A DNA stretch of 64,000 bases from Candidatus Calescibacterium sp. (GTDB lineage: Bacteria > Calescibacteriota > Calescibacteriia > Calescibacteriales > Calescibacteriaceae): NCBI GenBank assembly GCA_032249135.1, contig JAVVGL010000003.1, forward strand, positions 32,001 through 96,000. The letters run 5' to 3'. The position numbers and the translations under genes are program-made. The notes under the pieces are model-generated. The model searched no databases and had not been told where the DNA came from. It worked only from the letters and a program-made list of their open reading frames with translations. Positions 50,891 to 60,406 of this stretch are shown piece after piece. How positions within the stretch are numbered: position 1 is the stretch's first letter; every line of letters begins with the position of its first letter.

Positions 50891-51784
50891 ATGAAGAAAA
50901 TAAGAAAGCACCAAATAGAGAAGGAAGAGAAATATAAAAAAGAGTTAAGAAGGTTTGACCCTATTTTGAAAGAGATTTTCTCAAAAGCAGCTAGAAAACT
51001 TATATCAATAGCCACTGGTGAGAAAATCAATAAAGAACTTGAAGACATAACAACTGAAATAGAATTTGTTAAATCTCTCCGTCCTGACATGGTTTTCAGA
51101 GCAGGGGAGAAAATTTTTCATATTGAAATTCAAGTTCAGCAAGACAAGGATTTGCCCGAAAGGATGCTGATATATTCTCTGGCAATTAAGGAAAAATTCG
51201 GACAAAAACCTGTGCAGATTATCTTGTTTGTGGGAAAAGGAAATCCTCCGTCTCCCTTTTTCAAGGATGAATTCACAATTCACAAATTCATTGTTTTAGA
51301 TATGAAAAAAATAAATCCTGATGAGTTCATAAAGAGTGATAAACCCGAAGAGGTCATCGTTGGAATTTTAGCTGGCAAATTCAAAGATAAACCCGAAATA
51401 ATAGAAAAAGTCAAAAAAAGAATTGTAGAAATTGTGAAAAGCGAAAAAGAAATTGCTAAATATATAGATAGTATAAGCTTTTTAGCTGGGCTATTTGATG
51501 TTAAAATAGAGGTTAAACCTATGCCGATTGAGGTAGACATAAGAAAAACTTTCCTTTATAAGTGGGGAAAGGAGGAGGGATTAAAAGAAGGATTAAAAAA
51601 AGCAATCTTGTTGGACATCAAGTCAAAATTTGGTTTCTCAAAGGCAAAACGAATTAAAAACATTTTAGATAAGATAAATGATACAACCCGATTGAAAAAG
51701 ATAAAGAGAGAAATAATAAAAGCAAAAACTTGGGATGATTTTGTCAGATCTATCAAAAACTCAAATCTAAAAAACAAAATTTAG
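50891..51784 (+). CDS. Rpn/YhgA-like PD-(D/E)XK nuclease, copy 2
   Basis: FDPILKEIF, PDMVF, HIEIQ, ERML.Y, KEEGLKEGLKK. Confidence 0.8.
   Translation: MKKIRKHQIEKEEKYKKELRRFDPILKEIFSKAARKLISIATGEKINKELEDITTEIEFVKSLRPDMVFRAGEKIFHIEIQVQQDKDLPERMLIYSLAIKEKFGQKPVQIILFVGKGNPPSPFFKDEFTIHKFIVLDMKKINPDEFIKSDKPEEVIVGILAGKFKDKPEIIEKVKKRIVEIVKSEKEIAKYIDSISFLAGLFDVKIEVKPMPIEVDIRKTFLYKWGKEEGLKEGLKKAILLDIKSKFGFSKAKRIKNILDKINDTTRLKKIKREIIKAKTWDDFVRSIKNSNLKNKI
51521..51784 (+). CDS. putative in-frame intragenic small protein (RpnS-like, 87 aa)
   Basis: GAGGT at 51509-51513 and in-frame ATG at 51521 (MPIEVDIRK). Confidence 0.55.
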   Translation: MPIEVDIRKTFLYKWGKEEGLKEGLKKAILLDIKSKFGFSKAKRIKNILDKINDTTRLKKIKREIIKAKTWDDFVRSIKNSNLKNKI

Positions 51785-51900
51785 CTGATCCAGCTCCCCC
51801 GGAAACTCCAATAAAGAAGGTGAAAAAGAAAAAGTTCACAAAAGAAATCATAAAAAAATTGAGAGATTAAATAAATAAAAAATTTTTTAAAATCTCCTCT

Positions 51901-52761
51901 GTGAAGGAAATAAAGATAAAAAGTTGGGATGGAACTACTCTTACAATCTACGATACCGAAAAAGGTTTGGTAAATGCAGTTTTATCTAACGGACTCGGAG
52001 GAGATATAAGAGCTTGGAGACCGATTATAGATTATTTCAAAGATAAGATAAGGTTCATCTCATGGGATTATAGAGGGTTGTACAAAAGTGAAAAACCAAA
52101 GAGCGGGTTTTACAAAATTGAACACCACGCAAAAGACCTTGAAACAATTTTAGAATATCTCAACATAAATAAAGCAGTATTTTTTGGATGGAGCATGGGA
52201 GTTCAAGTAAACCTTGAGTTCTACAAAATGCACCCAGAAAAATTTATAGCTTTTATTCAAATCAATGGTGTTGCCGGAAAACCTTTCAGAAAAGCATTTT
52301 ATGGGAGATTTCCAAATTGGTTTTGGAAACTTTTTTTCATTTTTATGCAAGATGGGATGAGATGCTTCTTTCCTCTCGCAAGGATTCTTGCAAAAAAAAG
52401 CATCCTACTTAAAATTGCATCAAAGCTTGGTTTATTTACATTAAGTGAGTACAAAGATATAGCAAAAGAACTTGTTTTATCTTGGCTCAATCTTGATATG
52501 AAAGAATATGTAAAAAATTTTTCAGAACTTGGGAAACATGATAGATAAGATATTCTCACAAAAATTGAAGTTCCGACGCTAATAATTTATGGAACACGAG
52601 ACCTTTTTACCCCGGCAAAATTTGCAATAGAAATGGCGGAGAGAATCAAAAACGCGGAAATTTTCGCGGTAGAAAATGGCTCCCACTATACTCCCCTTGA
52701 ATTTCCCAACAAAGTAAATCAAGCAATAGAAAAGTTCCTACGGAAAAATAATGTAATATAA
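51901..52761 (+). pseudogene. alpha/beta hydrolase interrupted by an in-frame TAA at 52546-52548
   Basis: GWSMG before the stop; the same frame continues DILTKIEVPTLIIYGTRDLFTP...GSHYTPLEFP...VI*. Confidence 0.85.
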
Positions 52762-52818
52762 ACTTTATATCCCCAAAATCCATTACATCCAGTTTAACAT
52801 CTTATTTTTATTTATAAT

Positions 52819-53337
52819 ATGAAAATTGGGTTTTTGGGATTGAATATTCTTTATAGTCTTTCCTCATCAGCGATCAGGAGAATTTACATCTTTATAAGAA
52901 GGAATATAAGAACAATTCTGTTCATTCTGCTTGGAACAATTTTTATATTAGTGGGAGCTTTTGGACTGATTCTACCTGTTATCCCCGGAATACCACTTAT
53001 TATTTTGGGAATTGCTTCATATATGAGAGCTTTTGGGAAAATAGGCATTATTATTATGAAGACTCCTGCAAGAAAACTAATAAACAAACAAATTCCATCA
53101 AAAGCAAAAATTGCGATATTGATATTTATCTGGCTGTACTTATTTGCTCCTGCTGTTATTTTTACGAAAAATCAGTGGGTATGGATAATTTCTGCCTCAG
53201 TCTGTATAGTACTAACCGGATACATTATGAAGGTAAAAAGTTTCGCAGAAATCATAGGTTTAGAAGAGAAAGGAAAATCTAATTCACAAATTAAATCAGC
53301 AAAAAAAGAAAAGAAAGATAAGAGTTATAAAATATAA
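52819..53337 (+). CDS. DUF454/YbaN-like membrane protein
   Basis: LG...ILVG..GLILPVIPG.P..IL, IP.KAK. Confidence 0.65.
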   Translation: MKIGFLGLNILYSLSSSAIRRIYIFIRRNIRTILFILLGTIFILVGAFGLILPVIPGIPLIILGIASYMRAFGKIGIIIMKTPARKLINKQIPSKAKIAILIFIWLYLFAPAVIFTKNQWVWIISASVCIVLTGYIMKVKSFAEIIGLEEKGKSNSQIKSAKKEKKDKSYKI

Positions 53338-53350
53338 GACTAAATATAAG

Positions 53351-55735
53351 ATGAAAAAGAAGGAAGAAAAAATTTCGGAGAGCGTGCACATAATAATAAA
53401 AAAGAAAAAGGAGGAAGAGCCGACGGAGAAACTACAACCTCAACCAACCGAACCACAAGAAAAAAAACAAGAAATAGACAAAGAACACAAAAGAGAGAAA
53501 GAAGAAAAGTATGAAGAAAAACACGAAAGATGGAAATTCAAAAAAGAAAGAAAAAAGGAGTTTAAATATGAGCGCAAATTTGAAAAAAAATTTGGTGAAG
53601 AAAAGGATAAATTCCAGAAAGCTAAATTCAAACCAGAGGAAACAACAAAAGAACCAAAAATAAAAGAAAAAGAATTTGTAGAAAAAAGAGAAGAAGAACC
53701 AAGAATAGAAAAAGGAATAGTAGAAAAAAAATCAGAAAGTATAGAACAACAACTAAAAGAAGATGAGAAAATCCAAATCAAAAAAGAAATTGCCCCCGAA
53801 ATAGAAGAAGAAAAATTAGAGAAAGAAGAAGAAACGAAGGAACAACTCCCAAAAAAAGTAGCTGATGAGATAGAAGTCTTCGGCGAAGCCGAATTCATAA
53901 TACCTTTTAGACCGAAATATACTTTCAGAAAAAAAAGAAAATTCTGGAAAAAAGAAAGAGAAGAACAAAAACAAACAGTCCAACAAGAGACGGGTCCCAA
54001 AAAAATTAAAATACCTGAATTCATAAGAATAGCAGATCTCTCCAAAATCACAGGAATAAAAGCATCAGAGATAATATCAAAACTTATCTCCTACGGTAAA
54101 GAGGTAACTATAAACAACACAATCTCCGCCGATGAAGCAGAACTGGTTCTCGCAGAATTCGGGATAGAAGTTGAAAGAGAAGAATTTGATGAAAGCTTAT
54201 ACCTTGACCTATCCCCTGATCCTGAAGATAAACTCAAACCTCGTCCTCCCGTCGTAGTTGTTATGGGACATGTTGATCATGGAAAAACAACATTACTTGA
54301 CGCTATAAGAAAAACAAAAATTGCAGAGCAAGAAATAGGAGGAATAACACAAAGCATAGGAGCTTATACTGTTGAGCTTGAAAAAGGTGTCATAACCTTT
54401 ATAGATACCCCAGGACATGAAGCATTCACGGAAATGAGAGCAAGAGGAGCTAAGGTTGCAGATATAGCGGTTCTCGTTGTTGCAGCAGATGAAGGAGTAA
54501 AACCACAAACAGAAGAAGCAATCTCACACGCAAGGGCAGCTGGGGTTCCTATAGTTGTCGCAATAAACAAAATAGATAAAGAAGGAGCTAATCCTCATCT
54601 TGTAAAAAATCAACTCGCACAGCTTGGACTTATACCAGACGATTGGGGAGGTGATACCTTGTTTGCGGAAATATCTGCAAAAAAAAGAATAGGAATAGAT
54701 GATTTACTTGAGAAAATTCTCATTCAGGCAGAGCTCCTTAATCTCAAAGCAAATCCAGATAGACCCGCTGAGGGTGTGATAATAGAATCAAGTATAGATA
54801 AAGGGCTCGGAAATATAGCTACAGTAATAGTACAAAGAGGAACTTTAAGAAAAGGAGATGTATTCGTAGCGGGACATACTTTCGGTAGAGTCAGAAATAT
54901 ATTCTCTGATAAAGGGAAAATTATAAAAGAACTTCTTCCCGGATTTCCCGGAAGAATTGTTATAAGTTCAGAAGAAATACCACTTGCAGGAGATAAACTA
55001 TATGTCGTAAAAGATGAAGAAACAGCGAAAAAGATAGTTGAAGAAAGAAAGAAAAGGGAGGTGAAAAGAGGCTCAATAACTCTGGAGGAAATATATGATA
55101 AGCTCATGCAATCGGAAGATAAGATAATTCTTCCACTGATTTTGAAAGCCAACTCAAAAGGAGCATTAGATGCTCTCGAGAAGGAAATAGCAGAAATAAA
55201 AGTTCCTCAACTTGAAATAAGGATAATACATAAAGGAATAGGAATTATATCCCAGAGCGATATAAATTTAGCGTCAGCATCAAAAGGAATAGTTATAGGA
55301 TATGGTGTGGGAATAGAAAAGCAGGCACAGAACCTTGCAAAAATGCAAGGAGTCCAAGTAAGGCTATACAAAATAATATATGAGATAGTTGATGACATAA
55401 AAAAAGCTGTAAAGGGAATGCTAAAACCGAAGGAAAAAGAAGTTATTGTTGGAACCGCTCGGATACTGAAAATATTCAAATTATCTGTTGGTAAAGTTCT
55501 CGGATGTGTTATTGAAAAAGGTAAAGTTCAACTCGGGCTTAACGCAAGAATAAAAAGGAATGGAGACGTAATCCACGAGGGCAAAATAATATCTCTCAAA
55601 AAATTTAAAGATTCAGTAGTTGAGGTAAAAGAAGGTGAAGAATGTGGAATTCTTATAGAAGGTCTTCAGGATGCAAGGGAACAAGATTTACTTGAATGCT
55701 ATAACATAATCAAAGAAGAAATAAAAATAGACTAA
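53351..55735 (+). CDS. infB: translation initiation factor IF-2
   Basis: [32 protein letters not shown]-rich N-terminus. Confidence 0.98.
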   Translation: MKKKEEKISESVHIIIKKKKEEEPTEKLQPQPTEPQEKKQEIDKEHKREKEEKYEEKHERWKFKKERKKEFKYERKFEKKFGEEKDKFQKAKFKPEETTKEPKIKEKEFVEKREEEPRIEKGIVEKKSESIEQQLKEDEKIQIKKEIAPEIEEEKLEKEEETKEQLPKKVADEIEVFGEAEFIIPFRPKYTFRKKRKFWKKEREEQKQTVQQETGPKKIKIPEFIRIADLSKITGIKASEIISKLISYGKEVTINNTISADEAELVLAEFGIEVEREEFDESLYLDLSPDPEDKLKPRPPVVVVMGHVDHGKTTLLDAIRKTKIAEQEIGGITQSIGAYTVELEKGVITFIDTPGHEAFTEMRARGAKVADIAVLVVAADEGVKPQTEEAISHARAAGVPIVVAINKIDKEGANPHLVKNQLAQLGLIPDDWGGDTLFAEISAKKRIGIDDLLEKILIQAELLNLKANPDRPAEGVIIESSIDKGLGNIATVIVQRGTLRKGDVFVAGHTFGRVRNIFSDKGKIIKELLPGFPGRIVISSEEIPLAGDKLYVVKDEETAKKIVEERKKREVKRGSITLEEIYDKLMQSEDKIILPLILKANSKGALDALEKEIAEIKVPQLEIRIIHKGIGIISQSDINLASASKGIVIGYGVGIEKQAQNLAKMQGVQVRLYKIIYEIVDDIKKAVKGMLKPKEKEVIVGTARILKIFKLSVGKVLGCVIEKGKVQLGLNARIKRNGDVIHEGKIISLKKFKDSVVEVKEGEECGILIEGLQDAREQDLLECYNIIKEEIKID

Positions 55736-55764
55736 CAGATAAAAATAGATTAAAAGAAAAAGAC

Positions 55765-56055
55765 TTACTTCAAGAAATCTCCTTCTGCTGTTTCTATAAT
55801 TCTAGCAGAGAAATTTTGAGATGTAACTATGTCAGATTTTATTCTTGCCTGCTGGCTCTTTGAAAGTATGAGCATAGCCTGCGGCTTTATAACCCTTTGC
55901 CTTATGACAAGCTCCTTGATACGAATAACCCTTGGTTGCTTTTTCTTACCTATTTTTTGAGCAAAAAGATCTGGAACAACAAAAAGAAAATTTATAAAGG
56001 AAATAAAAGCAAAAACAAAAAGAAAAAATACAAATTTTTTCTTAAAACTCATCAT
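55765..56055 (-). CDS. small exported protein, GltF/CglF-like
   Basis: Signal peptide then VIRIKELVI..RV.KPQA..IL..S....F...I......F; family resemblance from memory. Confidence 0.45.
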   Translation of the reverse strand: MMSFKKKFVFFLFVFAFISFINFLFVVPDLFAQKIGKKKQPRVIRIKELVIRQRVIKPQAMLILSKSQQARIKSDIVTSQNFSARIIETAEGDFLK

Positions 56056-56165
56056 AATTCACAAAACTTTTCCTTCCTGATTATATTTTTACTTATAAAA
56101 AACTGAATTTGTCTAATATATTAATATTAATCATGAAAAGATTTTTTTGTTGAAATGTAAAAAAT

Positions 56166-56678
56166 ATGGGGCGGAAAATTCCTTTGAAAAATATAATAAA
56201 GTATTCTTTGAAATATTGCGGGAACGATTACAGAAAACTAAAAGCATTATATGAGTTCATCAACTTGCTTTTGGAAGAAAAAATAGAGAAAATAGAAAAA
56301 GGAATAGAGGATATAAAATTTCCTTTCGGTTCACAAAAAAAACTTGAATTAAAGTTAGACGAAAAAGTACTGGCATTTCTGAAAGAAGCTGAAAAGATGG
56401 GGAAATCGGCAAGCAGTCTTTTGTGTGAAATCCTTTGTAAAACATACAACATAAACTACAATTTTACAAGCAGAAAGCCAAAACAAAAAAAACTAAAAGG
56501 GACTGTCTCCTTAAAAATACCTTCTTTTATTTGTGCAGTTATTGAAAGAAAAGAAAGAAATCAGGATTTATCAAAAATTTCAAGAAAAGTAATAAGTGAA
56601 TTTTTAGAAGGCAGAATAAAATATGAAGAAAAAGCTATAAACTATGAAAATAATTTACAGCAAGCTAAAATGAAATAA
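56166..56678 (+). CDS. hypothetical protein with two putative ribbon-helix-helix units
   Basis: LELKLDEKVLAFL...GKSASSLLCEIL and VSLKIP.......DLSKISRKVISEFL. Confidence 0.45.
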   Translation: MGRKIPLKNIIKYSLKYCGNDYRKLKALYEFINLLLEEKIEKIEKGIEDIKFPFGSQKKLELKLDEKVLAFLKEAEKMGKSASSLLCEILCKTYNINYNFTSRKPKQKKLKGTVSLKIPSFICAVIERKERNQDLSKISRKVISEFLEGRIKYEEKAINYENNLQQAKMK

Positions 56679-56759
56679 AGGAACAAAAAATAGAATAGAA
56701 AAGAATAGAAAAAAAAGAAAAGAAAAAAATCAGCAGTTAAAAAGTGAAGAGAGAATAAA

Positions 56760-57053
56760 ATGAAAACGGGAAAGACGAAAATCATAAAAAGAGAAAAAAA
56801 TGAAATGAAAAGAAGAAAAAGAAAAGGAAAAATTTATGAAATTTATGAGAAGAAAATTGAAAGTGAAATTTCAAGAAATGGGTATATATGTGGAACATTA
56901 AAAGAACTTGCAGAACTACTACAAATCCCTTTGAGCTCATTCAGGAAGTCTATAAACTCCCAAAAGTTCAAAAAAGAAAAATTGAGGCAAAGCCGACAAA
57001 TGTTTTACTTCATCTCTCTCGCAAAACCCAATAGAGAAAAAAAGAATCTTTAA
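56760..57053 (+). CDS. small basic putative HTH protein
   Basis: TLKELAELLQIPLSSFRKSI. Confidence 0.45.
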   Translation: MKTGKTKIIKREKNEMKRRKRKGKIYEIYEKKIESEISRNGYICGTLKELAELLQIPLSSFRKSINSQKFKKEKLRQSRQMFYFISLAKPNREKKNL

Positions 57054-57064
57054 AACACAAAAAA

Positions 57065-57703
57065 TCACTTACGAAAAAAATCACATAAATCCGAAAAAGG
57101 ACAAATCTCACATTCCGGATTTTTTGCATGACATATTTTCTTTCCGTGCCTTATTAAAGCAAAAGAAAATCTCGTCCAATCTTTCTCTGGGACTACCTTT
57201 TTAATTTCTTCTTCCACTTCCTCACGGTCCGCACTTTTACTCACAAGCCCTAATCTTTTTGACACTCTATCAAAATGTGTATCTACTATGATTGCAGGCT
57301 TTCCGAAAGCTCCACCCAAAATCATATTTGCAGTCTTACTCCCAACCCCCTTTATTTTCATAAGTTCCTCCTTTGAATCCGGAACTTTACCGCCGTAGTT
57401 TTCAATCAAAAATTTTGAAGCATCAATTATTGCCTGTGCTTTTTTATACCAGTAATTTATTTTTGAAATGAATGGTTCAAGATCTTCGGGTTTGAGTTTT
57501 GAAAAATCTTCTGGTGTTTTATACACCTGAAAAAGTTTTTCTGTTACTTGATTTACAACCTCATCTTTGGCTTGGGCAGCGAGTATAGCAGCAACCAAAA
57601 GCTCAAAAGGAGAACTAAATTTCAAGTCTAACTTTTCAGCAGGATAGACTTCAAGAATTTTATTTATCAGCTTTTCAACTTTACTATAATGTTTCATCTG
57701 CAA
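57065..57703 (-). CDS. nth: endonuclease III
   Basis: PFELLVA.IL.AQ..D..VN, GVGSKTAN, VDTH, C-x6-C-x2-C-x5-C. Confidence 0.93.
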   Translation of the reverse strand: MQMKHYSKVEKLINKILEVYPAEKLDLKFSSPFELLVAAILAAQAKDEVVNQVTEKLFQVYKTPEDFSKLKPEDLEPFISKINYWYKKAQAIIDASKFLIENYGGKVPDSKEELMKIKGVGSKTANMILGGAFGKPAIIVDTHFDRVSKRLGLVSKSADREEVEEEIKKVVPEKDWTRFSFALIRHGKKICHAKNPECEICPFSDLCDFFRK

Positions 57704-57722
57704 ACTTTCTGTGTTATTTACT

Positions 57723-59222
57723 TCAAATTATACTTGATAAGAAATTTGCAAAATCTAACTCATTTGGAGTTTTTTTATGAACAGGATAAATTTTTTTCTC
57801 CTCTCCTTCGAAAGTATAAGTTCCTTTTTTCTCATAGGGTAAAGTTGCAGGGAAGAACAGAGCTTGTACTTGTACCTTTTGTGGAGGGAAATTATCCATA
57901 ACTATAAGAAATTCTGACTTTATCTTTGATGCATCAAATTTAGTTTTGTCTGCACCAAGAGAATATAAAATAACAGCATCATATTCACCAAGCATAGCTT
58001 TCCTTATTATATCCTCATTTATACCCCCCAATATTTTCTCCCCACCTTTGAAATTAGGAGCTCTTGTAGGTTTCAACAGTATATTATCTCCTTCTTTTAT
58101 TATTGGGTAGATAAGAGAAATATCTGAACCAGATTTTTCAGCGAGACTTTTGAAAGCTTGCATTTCTTCATTTGTAGCAAATGGGGTGATAAATATTGCT
58201 CTCTTCTTGAAAGCAAAAAATCTTTTTGAAATTTCTTTGAACGATTCCCAATCTAACTTTTCAGCTTTACTATCTGATAAAGAGTAAAAGTTCTCATCGC
58301 GAGGGAAAAAGAACTCCCTCCATCCCCATCTTCCAACATCACATATTATCAAGTCCTCCGTATAGAGTTTATCATACGAATGCGCTCCAATTTCTTCTAT
58401 TCCCTCAATTTCCTGATAGGCAGGCTGAATCAGCTCCTCATTTTTTGTGTAAAGATGTTCTTCTGCTTTGTCTAACATATTATCAAATGTTTTTATTCTT
58501 ACGATTTTACCCTTCCACGATTCAACAACGATTCTACAACCCTTCTCACATAATGGACATCTTGTAAGAGCTTTCTTAGTTCTCCACGCACGCGGAAGAT
58601 ACACAGTAGCTTCATCAACAAGCGCTCCAACTGGACAAAGATCAACTATATTTCCTGAATAATTACTATTTACAAATTTTTCTGGGAATATAACAAGATC
58701 TGATAAAAATCCGCGACGGGAAACTGTTATACCACCAACTTTAACAAAGTCTTCAAGGAATCTTACACATCTTGTACAAAGAACGCATCTTTCCTTGAAA
58801 AGCAAAATCTTTTCAGAAACTCTTGACCAACCTTTCAACCTTCTTTTTCCATCATATCTTTTCTTTTCTGGACCCCATATATATGTGAAATTTTGAAGGT
58901 CACATTCACCGGAACGAGGACAAACAGGACAATCAACTGGATGATGCTGCAAAAGCATCTCCAAAGCTAAATTTCTCAATTTTCGGACCTTTTCATCTTT
59001 TGTATCTACAACCATATCTTTGTCAACTGTTATCGTGCATGCAGTAGTTGGTCTTGGCATACCTTCAATTTTCACAAAACACATCCTACACTGAGCTACA
59101 ACTGGTAAAAGCGGATGATAGCAGTAGTGAGGTATATAAACCCCCGCTTTCAAAGCTGCAATAATAAGATTTGTACCCTTTTGAACCTCTATCTCTTTAC
59201 CATCTATTTTTAGTATAGGCAT
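57723..59222 (-). CDS. nuoG: NADH-quinone oxidoreductase subunit G-like (shortened)
   Basis: HYCYHP....QCRMC, HPVDCPVC...GECDLQ, RCVLCTRCVRF, DLCPVGAL, CPLCEKGC...CD.GR. Confidence 0.85.
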   Translation of the reverse strand: MPILKIDGKEIEVQKGTNLIIAALKAGVYIPHYCYHPLLPVVAQCRMCFVKIEGMPRPTTACTITVDKDMVVDTKDEKVRKLRNLALEMLLQHHPVDCPVCPRSGECDLQNFTYIWGPEKKRYDGKRRLKGWSRVSEKILLFKERCVLCTRCVRFLEDFVKVGGITVSRRGFLSDLVIFPEKFVNSNYSGNIVDLCPVGALVDEATVYLPRAWRTKKALTRCPLCEKGCRIVVESWKGKIVRIKTFDNMLDKAEEHLYTKNEELIQPAYQEIEGIEEIGAHSYDKLYTEDLIICDVGRWGWREFFFPRDENFYSLSDSKAEKLDWESFKEISKRFFAFKKRAIFITPFATNEEMQAFKSLAEKSGSDISLIYPIIKEGDNILLKPTRAPNFKGGEKILGGINEDIIRKAMLGEYDAVILYSLGADKTKFDASKIKSEFLIVMDNFPPQKVQVQALFFPATLPYEKKGTYTFEGEEKKIYPVHKKTPNELDFANFLSSII

Positions 59223-59231
59223 GCGAATTTA

Positions 59232-59382
59232 TTTTAATTTGATAATATCTCTTTTAATTTGATAATACCCAAAAAATTTGGAAATTATACTGAAAACTTT
59301 ATTCCAAAACAAATTGACCAAAAAAATTGAAAACCCGTTGTTTCCCAAAAATCCAACATTTCTCAACTTAAATCCAACATTT
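59232..59382. repeat. two short direct-repeat pairs in a divergent intergenic region
   Basis: TTTTAATTTGATAATA x2 (period 20, from 59232); AAATCCAACATTT x2 (59349 and 59370). Confidence 0.75.
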
Positions 59383-59446
59383 ACCAAATTCCTGAAAGAA
59401 AAAAGAAAAATGCATTGAGGAAAGAAAATATATAAAAGTAAAGCTT

Positions 59447-60406
59447 ATGAAGTCAGCTTACTTTGAAAAATTTGGGATAACTAATCTTGAAGTAAAGGAT
59501 TTAGAGGAGCCTAAACAGGACAAAGATCACATATTAATCAGAGTTGAGTATGCAACTGTAAATCCAATTGATTATTTTACTGTTGAAGGGAGAAGAAAGG
59601 TTCATCCTCTACCGCACATACCCGGAGTTGAAATCTTCGGAAGCGTAGCAGAAGGAGAAAATAAAGGAAAAAAAGTAGTTGTGTATCCAAGGCTTTTTTG
59701 CGGGAGCTGTTATTTATGCGTATCAGGGAAAGAGATGTTGTGTTCTGGGGAGTTATTCGGAGTTTCATCAAACGGAGGATTTTCTGAATTAGCATTAGTT
59801 CCTAAAAAAAATGTTTTCTTTATTGAAGAAAGCATTTCAGAAGAAGTTGCTTCAAGTCTTGGAGTAGGAGCACTAACGGCGTATCACGCTATGAAATTGG
59901 TGGAGCCGGGAGAAAATGTTGCTATATTTGGAGCAACGGGACACACCGGAATGTTCCTCATACAATTTGCAAAAATGAGAAGCTGCCATGTTTTTGCTGT
60001 AACAAGGAAAAAATCAAGGTGGCTGAAAGATTTTGGAGCAGATGAAATTTTATCTCCGGAGGAAGCTTACGAAAAGTTAAAGGGAAAATGCACAACCGTA
60101 ATAGATCCACTTGGCTCACAAACTTTTTCCCTTTCATTTCCATTAGTATCAAAAGGAGGAAAATTTATAACTTTTGGTATCCTGACAGGTGATAAAGTTG
60201 AGCTGAGTTTATTCACTACTTATTCAAATGAAATTTCAATTTTTGGAGTAACAGGAGGAACAAGGAAAGAGATGTTTGAAGTAATAAAACTTGCTCCCCG
60301 TCTTAAAGTCAGAGTATGGAAAGAATTCAAACTTGAAAAAATAAAAGAAGCTTTCTCAGAACTTATGAAACCAGAAAGAGAAGGGAAAATATTACTGAAA
60401 GTTTAG
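59447..60406 (+). CDS. MDR-family (Zn-binding) alcohol dehydrogenase/quinone reductase-like protein
   Basis: VNPID, PGVE, structural-Zn CGSCYLC..C, GATGHTG. Confidence 0.88.
   Translation: MKSAYFEKFGITNLEVKDLEEPKQDKDHILIRVEYATVNPIDYFTVEGRRKVHPLPHIPGVEIFGSVAEGENKGKKVVVYPRLFCGSCYLCVSGKEMLCSGELFGVSSNGGFSELALVPKKNVFFIEESISEEVASSLGVGALTAYHAMKLVEPGENVAIFGATGHTGMFLIQFAKMRSCHVFAVTRKKSRWLKDFGADEILSPEEAYEKLKGKCTTVIDPLGSQTFSLSFPLVSKGGKFITFGILTGDKVELSLFTTYSNEISIFGVTGGTRKEMFEVIKLAPRLKVRVWKEFKLEKIKEAFSELMKPEREGKILLKV

Larger units (their letters stand above)
50751..51874. repeat. 35-bp direct repeat (50751-50785 and 51840-51874) flanking rpn copy 2
   Basis: AAAAGAAATCATAAAAAA(G/A)TTGAGAGATTAAATAA, 34/35 identical; the left copy is the iscS 3' end. 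Confidence 0.9.

Noticed and set aside
52546-52548. Stop-codon recoding (Sec/Pyl or alternative code)
   Set aside because: The codon is TAA, which ends many genes here; TGA and TAG also act as stops
53440-54051. 203-aa Ser/Phe-rich minus-strand ORF (and similar antisense ORFs throughout)
   Set aside because: Mirror of the purine-rich K/E coding strand of infB
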